Of a stretch of 64,000 bases of DNA, positions 1-17,450 are shown one piece after another. The DNA is from the human T2T-CHM13v2.0 reference genome, Homo sapiens. The notes under the pieces were generated by a model, which worked only from the letters and a program-made list of their open reading frames with translations, had not been told where the DNA came from and made no database searches. Location of the stretch: the NCBI RefSeq assembly GCF_009914755.1, contig NC_060927.1. One strand, written 5' to 3'. Both the position numbers and the translations under genes were made by a program. How positions within the stretch are numbered: position 1 is the stretch's first letter; every line of letters begins with the position of its first letter.

Positions 1-159
1 TTTCAAGAGCACTCTCAGTATTCTCCTGCACTGACCAGTTTAAAAGGTGTCGTTTCTGCTCCCATGCAGTGCTTGGTGTGAAGGAATTAATTTGCAAGAT
101 GAATAACCATTGTGATAACTGCTCACATGCAAAGGAGAGAGATTGCTGATTTTACAGGT

Positions 160-675
160 GTGTGGTTTGCTTTCTTAGATCTGGCAGGAAACAGAGTCCA
201 ACTCAGATGGTTTAAGAGACTTTAAATGAAAGAATTATTTTCAGAAGGACGGGCAGAGTTCAGGATGACATGGGTTTCTGTCACCTAGAAACTAATAGGA
301 ATGGCAAGCTGTTATCACTGCTAGATCTGAGGGAGCAAAGAGAAGAAATAGTGTTACTGGAGTCTAGTGAGAGCTGGTGCCATAGTGGATGGGCTGTTAA
401 GACAGGAGCTATAGTACTAGAGGCATTCAGCCACTGCCAGAAAAGGGAGCCCAGAGCAGGGAGGGAACAAGGAGGGAATATTCTCCTCTCTGACTTTTTT
501 CTTTGCTCTTTGATCTTTTTCCAGTGCCTTCTATTGGCCAGACCCACCTGGAAGCTGGCCAGCAGGTGAATCTATGATGCTGCCCATAGAGGTCAGCCTC
601 TTGGGACTCAGCAGGGCCCAGTATGGTGGAAAGTTGGTCTGGGGGTGGAAAGTGGATCAGACAAAATTATACCAT
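160..675. mobile_element. Old ERVL/MaLR-type LTR remnant
   Basis: ttctattggccagacccacctggaagc and flanks resemble MLT-type LTRs. Confidence 0.4.
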
Positions 676-1095
676 ACCCTATAGCATATTCTTAATTTCA
701 CTTTCATCATTTTATCTCATCATCCTCATCTCCTGAAATCCCAAAATAAACCTTAAAGCATGTGAACTATTGATTATGACTCAGTTCTATCTTTTAATAT
801 AAATAGCCCAAAGAGTTACCCTACTCTTATCAGAGAAATTAAATATTCAAAGAGAGAATCTGAACAGTTCTCAGAAGAATTGGAAAATCACTGAAAGACC
901 TTCTGTTGGGGCATTTTGTTCTTGGTTAAAATTAAACTAACATTTAAAAAATATGCATATGAACTGTACAAGTGATTTATCTTAAAATATAAAACTTGTA
1001 CTTTTAATGACACATTGCTGAAATGTGTTTTTTATTATTAAGGTTAAGGTGCAAAAGGAAAGTGCAACTTAAGTCCTTATGGATTATCTCTTCAG

Positions 1096-1355
<260 letters not shown>

Positions 1356-1409
1356 TGAATTAGCAAAAAGATTCTTATTCCACCGATCTAGAAATACAAG
1401 AACAGATGT

Positions 1410-1723
<314 letters not shown>

Positions 1724-2109
1724 TTATCAAAAGAGAGTCTGTTTTAGTCCATAACTTTATTGAGTTTTGAGGTTTGAGAAATGGGAAGATGAATATTTAC
1801 TCTGTAAATATGAATGGTGAAAAGAGGTCCACACTTACCTATAATAATTGGTGCTTTAATAAAAGCATCAGCTGTGGGATTAAAAAAGAGGGAAAAGTGA
1901 TGTAGTCTGTCTTTATCAGAGATTCTTTTAGACAGGTCACAAATATTTATCAAAAGTCTACAGTTGCCGTGTCCTAGAAGTACAGATGAAAAAAGTGCCA
2001 GATAGCCCTGACTCAAGGAGTTGGTGTCAGAGTGAGCCTTTCATTGCTGTTTCCTTAAGGGCAGCCAGTCTTTTGGTGCCTTTCCATTGCCTAGAGGAAG
2101 GATGATATC

Positions 2110-2860
2110 CAAAACTTTGAACAGATCTTTCAGTGGTCCTCTGATCTGGCCCTGCCTGCATCTTCTGTCTCACCAAGTGCTCTGGCTTTTTAGTTCCTTG
2201 AACTTGCTGTTCTTCCTCAATGTCTTTTCTACTGAGATTTCATTTGTCTGGGGTGCTTGCTGCCACCCTCATCTCCCTCATACCTTTTTGCCTCCTTTAA
2301 ATGCCACCTCTTCACAGAAGCCTTCCCTGACCTTCTAGACAAAATTCAGTGACTTTGTTACTTGCTTTAAAACCCTGTGTATTCAGACACGCCGCCCTTC
2401 TCATTCAAAGCACTCTTTCAATTTATTTGTGTAAAGGTTTTATGGCTTTCTTTCCTACTAGAAGTAAACACCATGAGAACAGCGTTCATTGCTGTCTGTT
2501 TCACAGCTGTCTCCTCAGTGCTGAGCATGGCGCTCAATAGATACTTGCAAAAAAGGGAAAAAGAACTGCTTTCAACCCAACCCCTACTACTCACCAGTTG
2601 TGTGACCTTTAGTGGTTTGCTTCTTGGAGTCGCAATTTGTTATCTGTAGAATGGGAATAATGATGATAATGGCTATCATTTATTGAGCAGTTAGTATGTG
2701 CCAGACTGTGCTTTACTTGCATTATCTTTTCAGTTAAACCCCATCAGAGAAGTGAAAAGATTTGCTTGAGGTCACATAGTTTGAAAATAGAAAACAGGAT
2801 TTAAACTCTGGTCTGTTTAATTCAAAAAAATGGATTACTCTTAGCCATGCCTTTTTGTGA
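2110..2860. mobile_element. L2 3' fragment followed by MIR fragments
   Basis: gcgctcaatagatacttg L2-type end; MIR core (tgtgaccttt..., gaggtcacatag). Confidence 0.55.
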
Positions 2861-3097
2861 TTGAGTAGTAGTACCAATGCTGAGAATGCTGAGGTTGAGG
2901 AGGGAGTAGGTTTGGAATCTCCTAAACCATTTTAGGGAATCGGTATGGGATTAACTCTGCCTATTTGAAGAGATAAGTGACCTCTAAACTGATTTCTGAA
3001 GAAGTTAGTTGGGTCTAGAAGCAGCCAGAAGTGCAAATACTCTAAGAGAACTTTTCAGTGTGCTGGAAACTGGCCTTGTTCATTGTGGTTGGAGCAT

Positions 3098-3399
<302 letters not shown>

Positions 3400-3942
3400 G
3401 CTTGATTGGAGCATTCTACAGGGCTAAGAACTATAAGGTTGGGCCAGAGAGTAAAGTAAAGGGACTTACCGGCTGCTGGGCCAGGCTAGGCCAGGGAGTT
3501 ACTTTCTGCTAAACACTGTGGGGAGTCCTTGATGGATTTTATTTGTTGAAAATACTTTGGAAGCAGGAAGTCCCAATTTGGAGTCCATCTTGGGGGCAGA
3601 AGTATCCAAAGCCCTTCTCTCAGTTTGCATCTCTAGCAAAGAACACATTTTAACTAATAATTTCATTCTGCTGCACCCAGTGTGACAGTGTTTGAAAAGG
3701 AACCAGCATTGTGAGGTGAGGAATGGATTTTTATGTTTAGTTGCAGCAGTATAATTTTGCTGCTGCTGTTACTGTTTTCCTTTGGGGACAGATTCCCTAA
3801 CCCAGATGGATGGCAACCTTACACAAGTTACTTCACCTCTCTAGCCTGTTTCTCATCTGGAAATTAGAGATAGTTAAAATATCTATCTTGTCAGCTTGTC
3901 GTGCAACATTTACACAGTGCATGGTATAAAATGAACTTTTAG

Positions 3943-4297
<355 letters not shown>

Positions 4298-5812
4298 TCT
4301 GGCCTCTTAAATGAATATGTGTTGTTTATTTATCAGACAGGTTGATTGGGACATAGGTGCTGACATTTTTAAAGATCATGATTTTAGGATCTTAGAAAGT
4401 AAAACTGGCAATTAAAAAAGGCAACGAACACCTTAGTGAGGCAGTTTTGGTGTTTCCTAGATGTGTTTAGGATGAACACATAGATGAAATGCATAATATG
4501 AACATGAGCCAGTACTTAAAGAGCTCGTGGTGTGTGCCAGGAGTGTGTTTTCCATGCATTCTTCCTGAGAAGTAGGTTTGATTATACAGTATCTATTTTA
4601 CAGATAAAGGTTGAGGTCTTTTCTTTCTAAGGTGTTATTAGACAGCTATAGACATGGACACCAAAACTTGTTGAGCCTTCAGCATTGTAAAGGCTTGGCT
4701 TACCTTCCATCACCCTCAGCAGTTCTGCTGGAAGGGAAAAATGGAAACAGGGCCCTTAATTTTTTCTCATTATTGGATTAATTGGAAGCACTAGGCATGG
4801 TGTGCTGCCTGGTGGATAGTAGAGGCTCAGTAAATGTTTATTGAATATAAATCTGAATCAGACCAAGTGAAAAAAAGATAGAGAAAAGCAGTATTAGATC
4901 CTGGCCCCAGACTTTAAAAAAGTCTGAGGTCACCAGAGATTTTATTAGCATAGTCCATTTGTTAATATTGCAGGTTAATGGTTGGTTGAAGGCTGAGGTG
5001 AAGAATTGTCCAGTGTGTGTTGCATGGGATTAACTCCAGTCTGGGCAATTTAGTTATCTCTAGAAATCTGTTCACTTCCCACTAGGTACCCCTGCTGCTC
5101 AAGAAGCTCCAGGCTCTGTGTTTGTGTTCAGCTGATTCATTTATTCCCAATTAAAAAAAAAAACAAACTAGTTGTAACATTAAAATATGCAAATAAGATA
5201 GGTGTGACTATCCTAAATAATCCTATGTAACTATTCTATTTAAACATAAATAGGAAGGTATAACTGCCATAAGTCATCACGAGTGTATTTCAAAGCCAGA
5301 TCTGATTGATATTTCTGTTTACCCTTAGCTCAGGTAATTAAGAGTTGACACCAAGGAAGTATCATTTAGTATTAAGGGGAGAAAATAGGATACCTTATTG
5401 CATAGAATAGCAAACAAGTAGCATTTAATTCTAGATTTCTTCTTGTTTCCCCCAACAACAGAAAAAAAAATATTTTTTTCTCCTGGGGGAGGTTGATTAG
5501 GATATTTATTTACCCTGTCAAACCTGAAAGTCAGATGGTAGCCTGATTACCAAGCTTGATTGATTACCAAGCATCCTTTTTGTGATTTATTATTTTATGC
5601 CACAAAAGGAAGATACTTGAAGAGATAATTTTGTTCATTTACTATAGAAGTAGTTCATGTAGAAATTTTAAAGTGTCAAACATTAAGACCCAGTGTCCAG
5701 ATCTTGGTTTCTAATACCATTCTCCATTAAAAGGAGATTCTGTGCCTGAGACAGGGAATAAACAATATGAGCCTGTAGTATCTTCTAGCTCCAGAAAGTA
5801 AGAAAATAACAT

Positions 5813-5816
<4 letters not shown>

Positions 5817-5850
<34 letters not shown>

Positions 5851-5895
5851 TCTCACACACACACACACTCATTCACTCTCTCTCTCTCCACACAC
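5817..5895. repeat. Compound (CA)n/(CT)n microsatellite
   Basis: Direct. Confidence 0.95.
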
Positions 5896-6207
5896 AATGA
5901 TGGGGTGTGTCAGAGGGACCAAAGAGACAACTGAAAGAGCTCCCAAAGGTCAAACCTAGAACAATTTGAGCAGCTAAAAAACATAGTATTAGATTGTAAC
6001 CCAATATATAAAATAAATGTAAATAAAATATACAGTATATATATTTTTAAAGGCTCATATAAACATATAAACAAATAATATGTGATATAAAATCATAAAT
6101 ATCCATGAGGCCATACTGGTATAAATAAATGGTTGGATAAATAAGCAAATGGGAGAGAATAGATAAATCTTTAATATAAAAGAACTCCAAATGATTTATG
6201 CAGATAA

Positions 6208-6594
<387 letters not shown>

Positions 6595-7339
6595 TAGTGA
6601 CTTCCTTCCAAAGAGTGCAATATGAAAAGGGAGGAAAGAGACAGCTTCCTGACATTGGCCTGGGCAGTGACTTTTTGGATATCACCCCAAAAGCACAGGT
6701 AACCAAAAAATAGAAAAATGGGGTTGCATCAAACTAAAACAGCTTCTGTATAACAAAGGAAATAGTCAACAGAGTGAAAAGACAATCAACACTATGGGAG
6801 AAAATATTTGCAAACCATATATCTGATAAGGGGTTGATATCTAAAATATATAAGGAACTCAATAACAAAACAGATAACCCAATTAAAAAAGGAGAAAGAA
6901 ACTGAATTGACAAGACGTACAGATGGCCAACAGGTATATGAAAAGATGCTCAATATCACTAATCATCAGGGACATGCAAGTTAAAACCACAGTGAGATAT
7001 CACCTCACTCCTGTTAGAATGGCTATTCAAAAAGACAGAAGATAACAAGTATTGGTTAGTATGTGGAGAAAAGGGAATCTTTGTACATTGGTAGTGGGGA
7101 TGTAAATTATAGTACAGCCATTAAGAAAAACAGTATGGAGGTTTCTCAAAAAATTAAAAATAGAAAAGAACTATATGACCCATCAGTCCTACTTCTGCAT
7201 ATATATCCAAAGGAAATCAGTATGTCACAGAGGTATCTGCACTCCCATGTTCATTGCAGCATTATTCACAATAGCCAAGATATGGAGTCAATCTTGGTAT
7301 CCATCAATGGATGAATGGATACAGAAAATGTGATATTTA

Positions 7340-7622
7340 GGCCAGGCACAGTGGCTCATGCCTGTAATCCCAGCACTTTGGGAGGCCAAGGTAGGTGAAT
7401 CATTTGAGACCAGGAGTTCAACCTAGCCGGGCCAACATGGTGCAACCCCATTTCTACTAAAAATACAAAAAATTAGCAGGGCATGGTAGCATGCACCTGT
7501 AGTCCCAGCTACTTGAGAGGCTGAGCCAGGAGAATCGCTTCAACCTGGGAGGTGAAGTTTGCAGTGAGCTGGGATCGCGCCACTATACTCCAGAGCGAGA
7601 CTGGGTCTCAAACAAAAAAAGG
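7340..7622 (+). mobile_element. AluS inserted in L1
   Basis: Consensus, TSD agaaaatgtgatat. Confidence 0.95.
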
Positions 7623-9107
7623 AAAAGAAAATGTGATATCCAGTGTATATATGCAAATAATGTAAGACTGTTCAGCTTTAAAAAAGAAGGAAATCCTTTC
7701 ATTTTTGACAACATGGGTGAACCTGGAGGATATTAAGTGAAATAAGCCAGACACAGAAAGACAAATACTGCAGGAATCTCACTTACATGTGGAATCTAAA
7801 AACATTGAACCACAGAAGCAGAGAGTAGAATAATGGTTGCCAGAGGCTGGGAGTTGGGGGAGTGGTGAGGGAAATGGGGAGATGTTGATCAAAGAGTACA
7901 AGTTTCAGTTAGGATGAATGAGTTCTAGGAATCTGTTACACAGTAATGGTGACTATAGTTAATAATACTGTATACTTGAAAATTGCTGAGAGTAGATCTT
8001 AAATGTTCTCACCCCCCAAAAGATGAGGTGACAGATATGCTCATTAGCTTGATTTAATTATTTTATAATATATACATAAAAGATCATATTTACACTGTAC
8101 AATTTTGTCACTCATGCCTTAAAGCTGGAGGAAAATAAATAATCACATGTTGGTATTGGTTCATTAGCTGTGACAAAGATACTATACTTACATAAGAGGT
8201 TAACAATAGGGAAAACCAGGTGTCAGGTTTACAGGAACTCTCTGTATAATCTTTGCAACTTTTCTGTAAATTCAAAGTCATCCCAAAATTGAAAGTTTAT
8301 TTTTAAAAAAGACTATGGCAAGGACAATAGTCTATAGTTCAAGTTTAATTTTCATCCCGTAGGGAGCCTGAGGTAAATAAAATAGTCCTTAGTGTTCTGG
8401 TCTTATTATGGTGTAAAGTGGGGCAGTTCTTCCTTGCTGTTGTCTTATAAAGCCATGACAGTTTGTTTGCAGAATCAGAGAATGCAGTATTTCTAAATGT
8501 CCTCCTGTGGAATTTCCTACTGGCATGACTTTTTTCCCCTTTGCTTCTGCCCAGTAGCAGTCCCTTGAGTGGCATTTGCTGTCCTAGTTAATCAGAGGGT
8601 AGGAGAAATGAAAAACTCTCGTCTTCCCACTCCCATGAAGTTTCAATGGGCACTGGAAATGTAGGTCAAATTGCATCACCATAGAAAGGAGCGAACAGGA
8701 AGGTATTTATGAAGTGCTGCCAATGTCTCTTTAGATTCAGAGTCATGACGAACTGGTATTGAGCCCGTTAGGTGTGAGATACAGGGAATCAGGGGGCATG
8801 TTTGTGATGTAGTGCCAGAATGTTATATTTCAACCAGTGATAAAAGATCTCTGTCTGAAACCTAGTGGAAATGACTTACACTGGCTTTGTTTAATTTGCA
8901 TCTCCCAGCTTCTGGAATTCTTTTTGTCTCTTATTTATTATTGGCACATTGCAAAAATTTGTATTAATTTAGCCAGAGAGATGTTTGAAGTGTAGAAACT
9001 ATTGCCATGTATACATTTTAAGAAGTCTATTGTTTCGTAGTCACATAAGTCTAATAATATATTTTGGAAATTACGTATAAACATAAGCACAGTGACATCT
9101 TGATTAG

Positions 9108-9500
<393 letters not shown>

Positions 9501-9854
9501 TAATGGAAAAATCTTACAGATTTTAGGATATAAGGAAACTTTAAATACGTGTTTTTATTTTTTACATATTGTGTGCTACCTACTCCTTTGTAAGATACCC
9601 AGATATTGACTGCCAGAATATTCTGTTACTGACAGTGTTATGAACAGTAAGCATCCTGATAGCAAAACCAAGTCTAAAACCTCTATTTTCACTCCCTTCT
9701 TCTCCCATCAAGATAATCAGTAGTTGCTTTATGTACAAAATGGAAAGTCAGATGATAAGAGATTTTTACAGAGGCTTGGATATTATTTAATAATATGAAT
9801 TGAATAGATTATTCTGTGGAATATGTTTATAATTCAACATGGTTTTGGCTATTT

Positions 9855-10560
<706 letters not shown>

Positions 10561-12456
10561 ATTTTAAAAAGAATTTTATTTTTAAAAGAATATGATAAAA
10601 TTTTTAAACGAATATTTATTTTTTTAAAGTTGTTACCCAGAGTTTGATTCACTAATTTTAAGGCCATATATTTCTAGCTTGGGTGTTCCATACTCTGTGT
10701 TGCTATATTTGAACAGCAGCTAAAGTCGAATATGCCGACGTAATAGCTGATTATAGCATTAACCTTATTGCCTGCTGTTAAGGATGATACCTTGATGTTA
10801 AAGGGAAAATTACCCTGGGAAAAGTCCATCCTATCAACAAAGTAGATATTACAATTGATGAAGAGCAGGAATAAGAAGTCCCAATGTTTATACCAAATAA
10901 AGTAACTGACCATATTTGTACTCCATTTCATCTTGAAATCTTCAAAGGAGAGAGACTTTTTGGAACATGATATTTAAATGAACAGCAGTTGAAATATTTA
11001 CATTAATTAACTAATGCAAAGCTTATGTCACAGAATTGTGGAATGTCACCATACGAAATCAAGTGTCTGCATCATGTTAAGCTTCTTTGAATGTCTTAAG
11101 TAGGAAATGGAGTTCTATGGATAGGCAAGGGCTAGAAATAGCCTCAGAAAAATCAAATCTTCAGATGCTGGTATACTATTTTCTGACAAAATACGGAGAA
11201 TATTCTAGGATCTATAGGAGGGCATGTTAGTGTTTGGCTGCAAATAATGATACCATGGCTCTAGGGAATGCCACATGGTCAAACCTATAGCACTGAGCAA
11301 ATAGAAAGTGAATCCCAGGATACCATTCTGCAGCACATGGCAGTGAATAAGCACTGGCTCCTCAGCTTCTCCAGAATTCATGTTCCTGAGGTTGTGTCAG
11401 GACAGATTTTTATGAATAGGGTAATCTTGCAACTAGCAAATGATTTTTGTTTGGCCCTAGCTCCTAACATTTTAGATAGTCTTCCTCCCAGTTGGGAAAA
11501 TATTCCTGGTAATTAAAATCATCCTCTACTTACCAGCTTAACATTTTTCCCTTGATCACATTTGTTTTCTTTAAGCAGCATATGATTGTACTTAAAGTAG
11601 CTATTGGGATAGAGGAGAAGGGAAACAATCATTTATTGACCATCAGCTATATGCCAGCCACTTTGCTAAGTGTTTATGTTCATTCATGCATGTAACTGCA
11701 GTATTGAAAAATTTCATTAATGATACTCATTAAGTTATGGATCTGAAATAAACAGCATCCTAAGCAACTGTTTGTAGCAAGCCAATTTTCTTGGTCAGAT
11801 TTACTCAAGGGGTTTGTTGACCAAAACACAGTAGAGAAAGAGTGAGACATAGTGCATATATGCCTGTGAGAAATGGTTTAAAGAATATAATTATATCTAT
11901 TAATTTGTATATTCATGAGACAGTGTGTAAAATGATACAGAATTTAGACATGTAAGACCCAGCCCCTCTCCTCTTAGCTGTTTATCCAAATGAGGGAAAC
12001 AAGTTTTGAGTTAAAGGAAAATATCAACTAACTACAGGACTTAAACTGCTTAACCCATCAATGTAACATGTATAACAGGGCATTACATAATTATTTTTGA
12101 AATCTTTCAGATTGTAAATGCTTTAATATTCAGAAGAGGAAATGATTACTGATCTCTGACCCTTGATTTTGTTATCTGTATGATTTTGCTACCTCGTAGA
12201 AGTAAATAAAATAATGTATATAAAAGACTTAATATAATGCCTACTACTTAGTATACCTTCAATAAATTGTAGCGGTTGCTGTTGGTAATGAAAATTATGA
12301 CGATAGTAAGAATACTTTATAAGAGTAGGCTAACTGCTATAATGACCCAAAACCCCAGTGCCTTAACACAATATAATGTTTATTTCTTGTTTAAGCTCAG
12401 AGTGTGTTGGCAAGGAGGCTCAGAGTGTGTTGATTCCCCCAGTCATTCAGGAGTGA

Positions 12457-12921
<465 letters not shown>

Positions 12922-12927
12922 CAGCAC

Positions 12928-13227
<300 letters not shown>

Positions 13228-13978
13228 TACACAACATTTTTGTTCACATTTTGGATTCAGTCACATGTCTCTACCTTACTGCAATGAATATTGGGAAATT
13301 TAGGCAAACTATGTGCTCAGGCAGAGAATGTAAATATAGGTGACTATTGGCGATCTCTATCACAAATAGTATTTACAAAGGCTTAGTAGAAGTGGAAGCA
13401 TTTTCCCTGGATCTTTTAGAGAAGAGTGAAATTTGTTGTGTGCTGCTCAGCCTGTATTTAGGAGGTAATATTTAAAGAGGTGGGTAGAATAATTAAAAAC
13501 TGTACGAGCATTATTAATGAAAACTACATTTATCCCACTAGCCACTGCCCTTACTGTCAGTCATTTGGTAAGTGACCTTTGGGAAGCCATTTATCTGTTA
13601 CAGACCTGCATTTCCTCACTTACAAGTATTCTTTGTAGGGCTGTGGTGAAGATTAAACAAGACAGTGCATGTACAGAGTTTAGCAGAGGGTCTGATCCAA
13701 GTTAAGCACTCAGCGAAAATTGTTCTTATTGGTAGTGTTGATAAGTATGGCCTCAGAGTAAAACGCGTGCTAGCTGTTCATTTATTTAACATCTATCCTA
13801 AGGGACCATGCTAGACTAGCAAAGAATGACTTGACTGAGGACACATATATGAATTTTAGAATTTTGTAACCCCAGGCCAGTCATAGGAGATTAACGTTCC
13901 CCTGGTAGACTATTGGGGAACAAACTCTCTCTGTTCCCCAGGCTTTCCTCCTCCCAGTCAACTTTAAAGACACCTCTA

Positions 13979-13980
<2 letters not shown>

Positions 13981-14026
<46 letters not shown>

Positions 14027-14181
14027 GCCAACTCCTGTCAACAGGAGTACTGGACTTTAATTTGCCTCTTATCGCTCCTTCACACACACACACACACACA
14101 CACACACCCACACACACACACACACACCCCAACTCCTGTCAACCGGAGTACTGGACTTTAATTTGCCTCTTATCCCTCCTT
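13981..14181. repeat. Two-copy ~101-bp tandem duplication, each copy (CA)n plus ~55 bp unique
   Basis: actcctgtcaac(a/c)ggagtactggactttaatttgcctcttatc(g/c)ctcctt at 14031 and 14132. Confidence 0.95.
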
Positions 14182-16144
14182 CTCCCTTCCTTAGCATTGA
14201 TGTCTATAGGTGAGTTTGCCTGGTGAGAGTGAAGGTAAATGCCAGAGCAGCTCTTTATTCCACTGGCCTAATTGCGAGTTCTTAGCAAGGCAATAGCATC
14301 CCACTCCAGGCACATATTAACCTGAGTGGCTGGGTAGCCGTCAGGACCTGTGGTTCCATTTTATCCAATTCAATTCATCAGGCATTTATTAACACTTAAC
14401 AACATTGGGCCCTAGGGATACAAGAATGAAATGTTGCAGACCCAGCCTCCAGGAAGCCCACCTAGGGCAGTAGGCATGATGACCTGATGAGGTTTCATCT
14501 GAGCTGGGTTTTGAAGTCTAGATGTGAGTTACTTGGAAAGTAAGAAAGGAGTTCAAGGAGGCATGAACAACAGGTGTGGAGAAACAGGTGGGAATTGTGG
14601 TGTATTGCAGTGGAGGGAATGGTTTTAAGCTCAACTCTAACATGCACTACCTCAGCTTTTATTGGCCTCATCTCACAAGCCTCAATTTTCTGATAAAGGA
14701 GCACAGAAAGAGTTCCTGTGTTATAGATGGGAGGTCTAAGTGAAATGATGCATGTAAAAGGCTTACTTTTTATTACTGGGCGCATGGTAAGTGTTCAGTA
14801 AATGTCAGCTACTACTACTATTATTATTGTCATGTGCTTTTATAAATTGACTTTCAAATCTACTGACTTGATCAGGGTTTTGCACAATGACAAATTGGAG
14901 AATTACTGGGAATTTTATATTTTACTTTTAGCTAATGGTGAAATGGTGCCCTGTAGTCACAAATAATGGATAGAAAAATGCCTTGCTGACCTTTCTTTGC
15001 TAAAAGAAGAGGGAACCTAGTTAACCTCAGTGAAGCCTGGGAGAGATAGGCTCAAGATGGGAGAACTGTGTGTCCTGAAATGGCAAAAGAGTGAAGGATG
15101 GCTATATTGAACATATTTGGAGAGAGCAGAGGGACTGAACATTGTGTAGGTATATACTAATAGAAGCTGTTAGAAAATGGAGGCTCCTTTAAAAATAAGA
15201 CTCCACATGAGGCGTTCTACGAAGTGTTGAGAAAGCCCTAGGACTGACTGCAGTGGCTGAAATGTACTCAAGAAACCCAGGCCAGAGTTACTGGAGCCCT
15301 TCCTCACAATTGGCCTTGGCTCCCTCTCCACTTGTGTGTTTTCACATTGACTTGATCTTCAGTGGAGTAACTCTGAGCAGTGGCTGTAGCTCAGCAGGTA
15401 GAAAAACTCTCTAACCCTTGAAGAGGGGAATACAGTAGCATAGCACCATTGAAAAAAGAGGTTGTGTATAGAGTTTCATTCTTAAATTTGCTTTGCCAAG
15501 GAGAAAGCCTGTGAGAGTGAAAGCAAGGTGGAACTGGGGTCCAAAGAGAGGGAGTAAACTAGATGCCATATTAATTTGTATTTCTGGAGAATATGACTGC
15601 AGTTTATATATAACTTGGTTTAAACATTTTTGTAACCTGCTTAAGAAATTTGGGTTTGGGTGGTCGATTTTCATTTGGAAGAAAAGATTAGGAAGACAGT
15701 ATAGTTTTGGGGACACAAGCATGGCTACCTACAGGAGACAGGTCTGAAAGGAAAATAAGTGATGCAGCCAGCTGAGTACTTTGGAAATTACATGCCAAAT
15801 GACAAAGGGCAGCTCCCAACACAGCTTCATTCAGTTATCCCCCTCCAGGAAAGTTGGCCCCTGTGGCCAGATTTTTAGATTTTTCCCAGAGAAACCAGGA
15901 GTTTGGAATTTTATATGAATCTTCCAGCCTTTTAAATATTAACAACAAAGTCATATTGTTTTCCCCAAGATCACCATGGAAAACAAAAAAGTGGGCTATT
16001 TTAGGCCTGTGGACTTTTCCATTTGCAGTGAGTATCAAGATGGAGAGAAAAATGCACAGCCTAGGAGTTAGGTGGCTCAGCTGAATAACACTGCCAATTC
16101 TAGTGCCAGACACAGTACTTGGCATGGAGCACATTCTCAATGTG

Positions 16145-16442
16145 TTTTGTTTTGTTTTTGAGTTAGAGTCTCATTCTTTTGCCCCAGGCTGGAGTACAGT
16201 TGCATGATCATGGTTCACTGCAGCCTCAGCTTCCCAGGCTCAAGTGATCCTCCTGCCTAAGCCTCCTGAGGAACTGGGACTACAGGCATGCACCACCATG
16301 CCTGGCTAGTTTTTAAAAATTTTCTGTAGAGACGGCGTCTCACCCTTCCTCAAGCAGTCTTGAACTCCTGGACTTAAGCAGTCCTCCTGCTTTGGCCTCC
16401 CAAAGTGCTAGGATTACAAGCATGAGCCACTGTGCCCCAGCC
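16145..16442 (-). mobile_element. AluJ
   Basis: Consensus. Confidence 0.93.
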
Positions 16443-17304
16443 TCAACATATTTTTATTGAATAAATAAACCAGCTGAGATAAATCTCTCTTGGTTTTCAG
16501 TCTTTACATATCTAGAATGGAGAGATTGGAGTCAGCCTTCAAGGTTTCAGGTTGTTTTTTTTGTTGTTGTTTTCTCTCCCTCCTCCTCCTCCCCCAACAA
16601 GCTCTGAATTTATAAGATCACAACTCTTTGTGCTTTCCTTGTAGGACTAATTTCTCTGGCTCCTTTTCTTCCCTGTTATGCCCTCTCCAAGAACCTAGGG
16701 TGGCAGTCTCACGTTAAAGCTTGGCGATTTTGCCTAGAAGTTAAGAATTTAAGTTTATACTGTTAAAAACAAGACTGACTTGGTTTAGCCTTTTTTCTTT
16801 CGTTTATTGTGATTAGTAGGTTTGTGCTTAATTTTGACACACTGGATGACATAACGAGGTGATTCAGATTATGCCTTAAATTGCAACAAAGTTCTGAATC
16901 TTAACAGAACACAGAAATGTTACTCCTAGAAAATAAGCCATTTTCCCTGTAAAAGCCAATATAACACTGCCCATGTAGCATTGTAGGCTTTTCTCTGTTT
17001 AAAAGGAATGATGGGGTGTTTCTGAACCCTTCGGCCTTCTGCAGTATATTCTTTTATAACACATTCTGGTGATAGCTCTACTTTTAAAATACGTTTTTTT
17101 ACTATCTTGGACAAGATCATTTTTTGTTGCAGTTATCACAAATCAGTTCCAAAAAATAAGCTCATTAAAAGGTGGGGGCGGGGGCACTTACCCTAGATGC
17201 CAGGGGATTCTTAGAACCCTAGGGAACCTAGGGAAGGAAGTGCTTTGGGCCACTCAGGGGCTATGGCAGTAACAGGAAAGCCCAAGAACACTCCCAGGCA
17301 GAGA

Positions 17305-17450
17305 TTCTCTCTCTCTTTCTTTCTTTCTTCCTTCCTTTCTTCCTTTCTCCTTTTCTCTCTCTCTCTCTTTCTCTCTTTTCTGTCTCTCTCTTGTTTCTCT
17401 GTCTCTCTCTCTCTCTCTGTGTCTCTCTCTCTCTTTCTTGTTTTTTCTCC
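17305..17450. repeat. CT-rich polypyrimidine low-complexity tract
   Basis: Direct. Confidence 0.9.

Noticed and set aside
10749-10970. Protein-looking frame (YLDVKGKITLGKVHPINKVDITIDEEQE) suggesting a pseudogene
   Set aside because: Three internal stops in 73 codons is chance level and I cannot match it to any family; tBLASTx would be needed
15382-15403. ggctgtagctcagcaggtagaa resembles a tRNA 5' half / A box
   Set aside because: No B box, T arm or acceptor stem follows
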